Positions 1 through 10,684 of a stretch of 64,000 bases of DNA are shown one piece after another. Positions within the stretch are counted from its first letter, which is position 1. Each line of letters opens with the position of its first letter. The stretch spans positions 26,724,001-26,788,000 of the forward strand of contig CM075988.1 of NCBI GenBank assembly GCA_038087875.1, written 5' to 3'. Position numbers and translations under genes: made by a program. A model generated the notes under the pieces. That model was not told where the DNA came from. It ran no database searches and saw only the letters and a list, made by a program, of their open reading frames with translations. This DNA comes from Malacoraja senta (Eukaryota).

Positions 1-44
1 AATCACACTCTGCTGAAGGCCAGGCTCCTTAACCCCTTGCTCAG

Positions 45-612
45 CTCACGGACACGCTACAGGTATGACGTACTCACGGACACGCTACAGGTATGACGTA
101 CTCATGGACACGCTACAGGTATGACGTACTCACGGACATGCTACAGGTATGACTTGCTCACGGACACGCTACAGGTATGACGTACTCACGGACACGCTAC
201 AGGTATGACGTACTCACGGACACACTACAGGTATGACATACTCACGGACACGCTACAGGTGTGACTTACTCACGGACACGCTACAGGTATGACGTACTCA
301 CGGACACGCTACAGGTATGACTCACGGACACGCTACAGGTATGACGTACTCACGGACACACTACAGGTATGACATACTCACGGACACGTACTCACGGACA
401 CGCTACAGGTATGACGTACTCACGGACACGCTACAGGTATGACTTACTTGCTGACACGCTACAGGTATGACTTACGGACAGCTACAGATATGACATACTC
501 ATGGACACGCTACAGGTATGACTTGCTCACAGACACGCTACAGGTATGACGTACTCACGGACACGCTACAGGTATGACGTACTCACGGACACGCTACAGG
601 TATGACGTACTC
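45..612. repeat. 28-bp CpG-rich minisatellite, about 20 copies (CTCACGGACACGCTACAGGTATGACGTA)
   Basis: Unit starts at 45 and 73 (period 28) and continues with small deletions and CpG>TpG/CpA variants. Confidence 0.97.
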
Positions 613-3569
613 TCCCCTTCAATTGATATCCTGGAGATAGGAGTTAATTGCAGAGTTTGAGCTCTTGGGAAACATTAATTGGAGTTATTCACTTTCCTGA
701 ACTGATTAATAAATGAGTGTACAGCCTAGATAGTTAAGATTGTATGTGGTTGATTGGCAAGAAGTGTCTTAAACAACAAATGGACGTTTCTCTTTCCCTC
801 CACGCGTTCTATTCTCACTTCTGCTGCGATGATCAAGCAGCCAAGTTGTCCTTTGGGATGTTGAAACTCCATAAAGTTTGCTAGACTGAGCCTGATTATG
901 TTCAGTTCTTAAACCCATTCCCTTCTTCCTCATGCCACCCAACCAACTGCTCCTAAAGAAGTAAAAACTGACCAATTGCTCAGAGAAAGAATGAACGCAG
1001 CAGTTTTGTTAAAAGGAGCTCATGGTACTGAAGACAGAAGGACTGTAGTGAATGTAGAATTCTCCGACAGAGCGCGAGGCAGGAGATACAGCTGAACTTT
1101 CAATATAAGCCCATTATCTGGATCAATTTTAACTCATTTACTCAGAAAGATAGCAAATAAAAACCTAATAGGAATTATGCAGAGGAAGGCCATTCCAGTG
1201 ATGTTAATGCTCCACACAATATCTTCCTGCTTCTCAGGTAACCCCCATCCCTTTCCCATCTGCTCACTCTCTCCTTCCTGTCCCCCTGCCTCCACCTCCT
1301 AGTTCCTTTTCCCTTCCCAAACCTATCTCCCATTCCTCCCATCTCAGGTCTCCCATTTCCATTCTCCACCCCCCAACCACTCCTGAGACAGGCAGATTCC
1401 AAGTAACCAGACCAGATACAGACACCAGCAACTGCAAGTGTTGGAATCTTGCACAAAACACACAGTGCTGGAAGAACCCGGTGGGTCAAGCAGCATCTGT
1501 GGAGGGAATGGACAGACAACGTTTCTGGTTGGGATCCATCTTCAAATAGAGAGAGAGCGAGAGAGAGAACGAGGTAGATAGATAAATCGGATACAACATC
1601 AATCTTGATGAGTGAGATTCAACCACAGCTATGATTTTGGCTTTAAGCTTTTAGAGGATACTTTTGGGTTTAAAGTGAACCCAACTGGCTGTCTCCATTC
1701 TAATCCAATTCCCTCTCCTGCCCATGATTGTTGGGGTGCTACAGTAGCAATCTCAGCTGTTTGTTTTGACTCTGATAGAAAGGCAAATGCGCCCTGTCAT
1801 TGTGAGTTCTGTAAGACGTTTGCATCTGTCCATCTACTGTCTGTGGGAGTGATTGCCAGGACATGGTGGATTAGTCGGCATGTGGAGTCTTGCGTAGACA
1901 GTCAGTACAGTAGGTGAGTTCCTCTTCCTGGATTCCACTGGGGAAACCACCTCTTGATAATCTCTGGGCTATTTTACAGCTGAAGGTGCCCGGGGAAGGT
2001 ACCCAGCACAAGTGTAACAGTTCACAGGAAGCCCAGACTCAATGAGATGGCAGTGAGGATGGAGGCATGTGTGGGCTAACATGTGCATGAACACTGTGTC
2101 ATTCGTTAATGAATCAGTTGGGGGGTTTACCTACAGTTTTTATTCGGTCACCATTACTAATCGACCGTCCTTATGAGATGGCAATAAACTTGACTAGCCT
2201 GAATAATACTAGCTTTCAGTTCTGGATGATCCAATTAACTGAATTTCAATTCTCAGTTGCTCTGGTGAGATGTTAACTCCTGTATCCGCGTCATTAGGAC
2301 TGCTTGAAGATCTCTGGTGCATTAAACATAACCACTGTGTCACTCGGTCCCTGTTAAACCTCTCGCAATGCCTCGCTGCTAAGGACTCTACGGAGACACG
2401 TTTAACCTGGGATTGTGTGGAGCAGGTGGCAATGATATGAGAACATCACAAATCACTGCTGTGATCTCTGGTGAGGGTGAATTTTGTTCACTGAGCTTAT
2501 AGCTGTGAGTTATAAAACATAACTAGATGAGGCAGAGGTAATACTATCCGTGTGTAATGTTGTTTAGTGCAGGTTTTGCAACAACTTGCTGCTATTTCAA
2601 GAGACTCTGCATTATACTTTGGTTCCCACCTGATATACCGAGGGCTATAGATCTCCCTTTGGAAGATATTTAAATAGCACTTACACTAAATAACCCAAAG
2701 TTTCTGCTCCTTGTTTTTCAAACTTTAAAATTCCAAGCTTCAAAGAAGATGTTGAATCGTTGCAGATTGGCTCTGGGTGAGGAGAGGCAACTGAATGGAC
2801 CGCTGTGTGGTTCTGTGAATAGCCTTTGTGCTGCAGGCTAAGGATTCTGTCTTTATGTGATCTCTGACCCAGATATGATCTAATAGATAAAAAGCTCCAC
2901 AATGCCAGCATGAATTTTGACCTCTTTTGAACCCCCTTCCCCAGCGCTGCTCAGCATCTCCTCCACTCCACATCACTCGGGGAAAGATCACTGCAGGATG
3001 TGACCTTGGAAATGCAGCCGGCGTTTCACAGTGAGCAGCCAGCGTTCACTAACAAGCCCTGGGACTTCAATCACCTCCCTCCCTCATTGTCCACCTCACA
3101 ATGCCCCTGGCTTGTGTGAAAACCCCAGCTATTTACCACTTGCAATTGTGAATGGCTGGCTTACATTCCTGCATTTACACTCCTGTTCCCATCCCCTTCA
3201 CTACCCTTCCCCCAGACCCACCCACCCACCCACCCCTCTCACTATAATCTGTCGGCTGAGACTGGGACCCTTGTAGTTATACAGGTGGCTGGATATAGCT
3301 CTGTGGGTCACAGATACAATGAAAGGCAAGAACAACCTGCAGCTGCAGGAAACCAGAAATAAAAACTGAGAATACTGAGACCACTCAGCAGGTCAGGCAG
3401 TCTCTGTTGAGGGAGAGCCAAAGTGAATGTTTCAGACTGATGTCCTTTCATCCGAGCTTTCATCAGGCCTGTCTCTACCGTACCTCTGTAGTATAGGCAC
3501 TGTTGTTGTATGGGAATCCTGGCCATCAATACAAACACATCAACGTCCCCACTCAGTCCGACTGATTGA

Positions 3570-3842
3570 AAGACACAGCATGGAAACAGGCCCTTCGGCC
3601 CACCGAGACCATTGAGCACCCATTCACACGAGTCCTATGTTATCCCACTTTCTCATCCAGTGCCTACACTCCAGGGGCAATTTACAGAGGCCATTGAACC
3701 TAGGGAGCAAACTATAGCACCCAAAGGTCACGGGGAATGTGCAAACTATAGCACCCAAAGGTCACGGGGAATGTGCAAACTGCAGACCAGGTAGCATGCG
3801 CTGTGAGGCAGCGGGCCTACCTGCTGCATCACTGTGCCGCCC
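3570..3842 (-). mobile_element. tRNA-derived SINE (HE1/V-SINE-like), with an internal short tandem duplication
   Basis: Minus-strand head GGGCGGCACAGTGATGCAGCAGGTAGG, V-domain-like body and CR1-type tail; same family as 39475-39760. Confidence 0.75.
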
Positions 3843-3989
3843 AGAATCTGAGCAGACTCATGCCGAATCTACTTCTTCCTCCCACGTAGCCTTCAGTTTC
3901 CCGACTCTTTAGCCTCCTTCTCCTATGCCGACTACACTGGGGCCATGTGGACTGCACTGCATAAGGAAGTATAGATCTTTGATTCCTTG

Positions 3990-4155
3990 AACTTTGTCCC
4001 CTTTGATCTCTCGTTTACACACCTTACTCTTCCTTATCTCTGTGTCTCCCTCTCCCCCTCCCCTGACTCTCAGTCTGAAGAAGGGTCTCGACCTGAAACG
4101 TCACCCATTCCTTCTATCCAGAGATGCTGCCTGTCCCGATGAGTTACTCCAGCGT
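3990..4155 (+). mobile_element. Penelope-like element 3' remnant with hammerhead-like core
   Basis: CTGAAGAAGGGTCTCGACCTGAAACGTC at 4075-4102, then the family tail that follows the GIY-YIG fragment at 41860-42300. Confidence 0.7.
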
Positions 4156-4464
4156 TCAGCTGGGAGCAAGCTTATTTGATGCGTAAGCATCAGCAGCCCT
4201 GCGCTGTAAACTCTACATTCTACCATGTAAACGCAAGCCTTGATCATAATTTAACCAACGTTGCAAAGTTACATCATTGATGCTGTGATTTTCAGTCAAT
4301 GAGATTGTTGTCCTGATTCTGTTGAGCATCTGATGATGGTGGAAGTTGTCGCCATCTTGTGGAGGGAAGCATCAAGTGCCATTCTCAGCATCTGAATATC
4401 CTCCCATTAAAACCGACCCGTCACTGAATACATTGTGAAGAGATTTAGATTCTTGATGCATCTT

Positions 4465-4790
4465 GTGTCAAGTGCCGGGACTCGAGGGCCTGAAGTATAC
4501 GCAGAGAACGGGCAGGCTAGGAGTTTATTCCTTGGTGCACAGGAACATGAGGTGAGAGGTGGATAGATGAATGCACATAGTCTCTTGCCCAGGGTAGGGG
4601 AATTGAAGAACTAGAGGGCATAGCTTCAAGGTGAGAGAGGAAAGATTTAATAGGAACCTGAGGGGCAACTTTTCCACACAAAGGGTGGTGGGCGTATGGA
4701 ACGAGCCGCTGGAGGAGGTAGTTGAGGCAGGTACAATAACAACATTTAGACAGGTACATGGATTGGAAAGGTTTCACGGGATATGGTTTA
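4465..4790 (+). mobile_element. CR1-type LINE 3' fragment
   Basis: Degenerate ERFNRNLRGNFSTQRVVGVWNE peptide, typical of the CR1 ORF2 C-terminus. Confidence 0.8.
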
Positions 4791-6703
4791 TCCATTTTGC
4801 CGGGCCAGCAGAGGTCACAAAGTCAGCCTCGGAAGTCGGCTATGGGAAGGGATCTGCCGGCTCTGGCCGGGCAGGAGTTCCAGAGACCCAGGCACACTGG
4901 GCAGATACAACCCACTGATCAGCGCGGAGATCCTGATGAGGTCGAGATCGACTGCGTCACCCAGCCTAAGCGCCACATTTTCGGGGGGAGTTCAAGTATT
5001 TTGGCCAGATTAAAGGAGCTGCCGGATCACCAGTTGCTGGAACATCAGTGATGGAGCTGTAGCAGCCAATAGAATGTAACTGGTCACGTGAGTGATGGCA
5101 GGGGTTTTCACAAGTGGCGGGTACTGAGAGGTTTCTGGCATTATCCCCACATCTGACCCTTTCCCCAGTGCCTGCACTGGGTGCCTGCTTTACCAAATGC
5201 ATCAGTTACAGGGATAGTTCCGGAATGACGTTCGGCAGTCCAGCAGACCTGCACGCACTGGAGTGAACCTCCCCTGCCCTCTGGCCAATTCTACAATTCA
5301 CCATTTGTGCTGTTAACAACGCTGGGAGGCTTCAGACAGGGATTTCATCTTTCTCTACATCTTGTTGATGGCATGGAGGTGGTTATTGGACGTGGCGGGA
5401 GTTGTCCCCGCCATCTGCCAGGCAGCCATGTTCACAGCTCAGACCTTGGTCACCTCTCTGCTGGAGCACTTGGCATCCATGCCATTCCCCATATTACATG
5501 TATATAGAGGCACTGGAGCAAGGACACAAGGAACTTTGCAATAATGGGACCAGCTGTGGGAGATACAGCAACAGGATACATTGACCAGGCTGAATCTCTT
5601 TGCTCTTCAGATGAAGCACAAAGGATTTTCTGATAGTGGTTTTTAAACTTTTGGGTGATACAAGAAGGTGGATATACGAATGATGTTTCCTTTTACACAA
5701 GAATCCAAAGAAAGGGACTACAAATTACTCTGAAGAAGGGTCCTGATCCAAAACGTCACCTATCCATGTTCTCCACAGATGCTGCCTGACCCGTTAAGTT
5801 ACTCCAGCACTTTGTTTGTGTAAACTAGCATCTGCTGTTCCTTGTTTCTAAGCCATAAATGCATAGTTGTAAATCCAGTCTGTGTTCCTCCTCTACACAC
5901 AGTGACGTGAGAATGTGGAACTATTATCTCACGTGGTGGATGTGCCGTATAACAACAATAATTAACTTGGGGTTGAAGCACCGAGGTGGAACTGTAGGGC
6001 TAAATGGCCCCGTCCCTCACGAGATGGATGGGTCAACCTATTGTACTGAGATCCCATGCTTCAGTTGTACAACCACACTACACCGTGACTAGTTGCCAAT
6101 GTCTGTGCATTGTACAATATTCTGGAATTATTCCAGGTTATTTTCCAGGATGTATCTAATGATTCCAAGTGGAAATAGCTACCGGTCACTTTATGCTGAC
6201 CCTTCCCCATCTGCACCCCAAATCCTGCCAACATCAAAATGTGGAGAGGTGTGTAAAACGATTGTATGTAAAAGATGATCCCCTTTCTTGCCTGACAGCA
6301 ATATCATCCACTGTCCTAACTTAAAGAACCCCCAGAATGACAATTACTTCTGCCTTCCTGAGAAGGAATGTTTTTTTTTTTAGGATTTATTGAAATTAAA
6401 TGTCCCACCTTTGCCATGGTTGGGGCCTTAGCCAGGTGCAGGCAGCTCTGTGACAAAGTATAATGCAACTTTGATTGGGACAAGGGGCTATTGATGAAGG
6501 TGACCCAGGGGATTACCTACAGTGGTGCAATAGAGGAGAGCTGCTACCTGGGGTCATTGTACACTGCCTATCTTCTTACGTTTCCTGTCCTACATCAAAT
6601 CCTGTCAGCAGCTGGTACCATTTACTAGGATCAAACATGTCAAGAATCACTCTCATCAAAAACCCACTTTTCACTCGTCCTAATTAATTGCGGATCTGCT
6701 GCC

Positions 6704-6762
6704 CGATGAGGGGGTGATCACTACCGATGAGGGGGTGATCACTACCGATGAGGGGGTGATTT
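6704..6762. repeat. 21-bp tandem repeat, about 3 copies (CCGATGAGGGGGTGATCACTA)
   Basis: Direct reading. Confidence 0.85.
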
Positions 6763-7100
6763 TCTAATGTCAGTCACAGTTCCTTTTCAACAGGTGGTGC
6801 GTGGTCTGTTGCTAACTGTGGACCAACTGGACCTGGATGTGTAATTTACACAGACACTGCCTCAACATTGAATTAATAAACGGCATAGACAGACAATCCT
6901 CGAACACCCTTTCAAGGTGTACCAGAGAAGTAGAGTTGCTTGGGGAATCTGCTCTGTCCAGCAATCTGTGACCATCTAGAAATGTCAGCCTTTTCTTTCC
7001 CTGACACTAAATCATTTATTGTCCCACATTTTAAATGCTAAGCCTCCACCTGGCATGGTCTTCCCATAATCTGAAGATAAGTTCATAAATCATAGGAGCT

Positions 7101-7222
7101 TCTTCTTGTGTATGGCGTGCACAGCCTAAAGTTGTAGGACAACTTGTTCTATTTGATCTTATTTGATTGTGCACGCCGGGTTGAAACAGGGCGGACCACG
7201 TGAAGTTGTAATCTTCCACCCC
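7101..7222 (-). mobile_element. Short retroposon (SINE-like) with HDV-like ribozyme head, copy 1 (internally deleted)
   Basis: Perfect 12-bp TSD ATCATAGGAGCT (7089-7100 and 7223-7234); (AAG)n tail on the minus strand; same 5' end as the copy at 20721-20846. Confidence 0.85.
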
Positions 7223-10200
7223 ATCATAGGAGCTGAATTAGGCCATTCGGCCCATCAAGATACATGGCTGATGTATCTTTCCTTCTCAACTCCATTCTCC
7301 TGCCTTTTCCCCGTAACCCCCGACACCCATACTGATCAAGCACTTGTCAATCCTTGTTTAAAAATACCCAAAGGCTTGGCAATGAATTCCACAGATTCAG
7401 TGTAAATCCTATAAGTATACATTTCCATTTTACTGTGTTCATTCTGAAATGGCAAACTCCAATATACAGGCAGACAGGACTTTATTTGGAGAGCCCTTTT
7501 CCCATGTGTTTATGGTTGTGCTAATGACTTGTTATAATGGATTAGATTGATAGTTTAATTGACAAATTCCCACAATCAATGTTCAGATTTACTCACATCA
7601 TTGATTTATTGCCTACATGATCTGCAAATAAATAAGCAATAAATAAATTGGTGACTACCTCTTTGTTTGATGATTAAATGTCATGTGAGTGAGTGACTGA
7701 CAGCTGATCCTGATATAGTGACTTCTTTGCAAGGGAAAGAAGATGATTCTCGGGTAAGGACAGGATTGAACTTGTTTGTGCTGCTACTCTATCTTGAAGT
7801 AATTTTGCTTCTTAGAGTCACAGAGTGATACAGTGTGGAAACAGGCCCAACTTGCCCACACTGGCCAACGTGTCCCAGCTACACTAGTCCCACCTGCCTG
7901 TATTTTGTCCATTGTCTGCACAGGGTTCTTGCTGTTATCCATCATCTAAATTATCGGGAGTCACAAGAAACTGCAGATGCTGCCTTACAAAGAAAGATAC
8001 AAAGTGCTGGAGTACCTCAGTGGGTCAGGCAGTACCACTGGGGAACATGGATAGGTGTCGTTTGGATCTGAACCCTTCTTCAGACTGGGAGGTTGGTTCA
8101 TTTATGTTTGACATTAAGGTTTAGTAAGTGTGAAGATAGTGAAGTACAGAAATGGGAGAGTAATAATAACAGGTAAATGAAACGTGGCTGTATAAATAAA
8201 TACCACAGGTCACTTGGACATCATGTCTTATTTTGTGCCTTATTTATTATTTGCAATTATTTTTACAATTCCACGTGATAAATGTTGTCAATGCGTCTAC
8301 AGAACATCTGAATGTAGCCTGGATTTCTTTATCAAATGTTAGTCTAGCTATTTTGGTATTTTTCACACTTGGTGTATGAATGAAGTTGTTGGTCTTTTAC
8401 AAAAGTTGCTTTATTGACCAGTCAGTAAACGGTGCCCCACAGAAAGTGGTCGCTGTTTGACACTGTTTATTTAGCTGGAGTATTACAACATTCAGGGCAA
8501 CAATGACAATCAAAACACTCAGCAGTTCTTGGTTGAATACATGGGACAAATACAATCTTCATCAGAGTAAAATATCTTTCAGACATTACGTTGGGAGAAA
8601 ACCCATTTGCCATGATTACTGCTGGAATTCTGTTCCAGTTTGGGGTTAACACAACTAACAGCCTCTTGGCTCGAGTTAACAACTTGTAAGTTTTTTGTCA
8701 GGTCCAGGGGAAGATTTATCTTTTTCTCCTTGAGTGACCAAGGTATTTATGGGGAAACGGCTAGTCATATGTGGGAGAGAAGAAAGGATGGTGCTTGATG
8801 GGGTTGGATAACCTGATGTTGTGGGAAGTACCTGATTATTGACCGAGGTCAGAGTTTGCAGACCCATGATAGCCACGCCAGTGATCTGCTGGAGGTGACG
8901 CTCCAGGCTTGGTGCCTGCTCACTGGGAATATGCCAAATACTAACTGTGTGGTTGTGTTAAAGCAATGATATAAGAAAATGAGAATATTCTCTCGAGCAT
9001 GAGCAGTGACTGCCCTCTACAGTGTGACATTTTACACCACAATGATATATCGTGCTCAGAGAAGCAAAGGGTGTGATGGGATCAGTGAGATAATGATTAA
9101 ATATTCTTCTTTAAGAATGTTGTATGAAGGATTGATCTGCCTGTGTTCTTCATCTCTAGTCTGTGCATCTGTGAATCTTCAATGTAAATACACCTAATGG
9201 AACCATGATGTGGTCTTCTGGGGAAAATGGCCATAAACTGGCCATAACATTACTATTTGCAATAGTTCTTCACTTTTAGTGGAGAAACTTGTGTTTCAAA
9301 AGGGAAAGCATCAGTAAAGTGGGAGAATAATTCAACAGCTTAAGGTAGTAGGACAAGCTTTGTTTATTAAGATCTCTGTGGATTCACAACACTAGGGACA
9401 TACAAATATGTTGAACAGCCTCTGGCCGCCTTTTGTTCCAATGAGTTTCAGATTCAGCATTGCTTTTTACTTTCAACATAGCGAGCGAGAAGAGAATATC
9501 ATACAGGACAAGATGCTGAGTTATCGAGTGGGAACCAAGAAAAGACAAATGAACAAAGTTTGGTATTGATGTAATATGTTTCACAAGGACCAATCCGAAC
9601 AGATTGTGTTTACAGTGCAACCCATACCTGAGTGATATTTTCAGGTCATCCAATCATTGTGAGCTTTATACATGGCACTTTTATTTAATATTACACTCCT
9701 GGGATACTTAAGAAGGAAGTAAAATCAGGCAGGATTTAACCCACTGTTGCTTCTAGTACCATCAATGTCCCAAAGGGCTGATACAATTATAATGATCAGT
9801 AAAGCTCTTTGCCCGTGAGCACAAGAATTATTTCAGCTTTATCCTGCAGTCCTCCATAAATCAGTGGGAAATCATTCAACCCATCTCATTGGGTGAGAAA
9901 TTGGCTCCACATGTTCAGTTACCTTTGGGTGTCTGGTAAGATGGGCCTTAATTTAATTTGGTTTCTCCATGAGGAGGTCCAGCATCACCCAAGACTAAAC
10001 ACACGATGTAGCAGTGGCCATGAGAGCCATCATCAATATTCCATTCCAATTAATGCAAGAATTTTGGAATCTGATGACATTGCACAGCTGCTAATATATT
10101 GCATCTTTAGTGCGAGTGACATAGGATAAAGATATTCTTAGCTATGGTTGTTGAAAATACTTTAACAATTAAAGCCATTCATAAATGTGTTGGATTAACA

Positions 10201-10403
10201 CGTGCGGAGAAAGGGAAGGATCTTGTGCGGAAGGGGTTTGAGTAAAGTAGGGGTGCAGACCATCACTCGACGTGGGAGCGAAAGGCCAACCGGCCTGTTC
10301 CCAAACTGTCAATGATCGAACGATGCAAGACAAGGTGGAAAGCAAACCCTTAAGTGTGCACCTTGCCAGTTGGACAGAAATAGGTGGGTTGCGATCCTTT
10401 GAT

Positions 10404-10684
10404 TCAGGAGTGTTGCCAGACGGACCACAGAATGCTGAGGATGATGACGTAGACCGCGACCACCAGCAGGTACACACGATAGAGGAGGACATCCAACACG
10501 TATCCCACCTCCAGCCACTCCTTGGCGATGTCCCTGAACCGTTCCCGCTTCTCCAGGAACTGGCGGATGGCTGACACCTCGTGCAGGATACTGTCCACTC
10601 CTTGCAGCGAGTCTGACAGGGGCGGTCCTGGCTCATCGGACACGTCGCATGGTGCTCCATTCCTGCAGCCAATCTGCTCCACTG
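10404..10684 (-). CDS. HTR3A: HTR3A exon 9 (MA helix, M4, stop)
   Basis: Acceptor ttttacctcag; [28 protein letters not shown]...WSVWQHS then TGA at 10406-10404. Confidence 0.95.

Noticed and set aside
7743..7760. ATG ATT CTC GG followed by gtaagg, a possible micro first exon
   Set aside because: No promoter context or downstream partner exons found on the plus strand.
9360..9690. HTR3A polyadenylation signals (AATAAA on the minus strand near 9680-9685 and 9363-9368)
   Set aside because: Several candidates in AT-rich DNA; cannot choose without 3'-end data.
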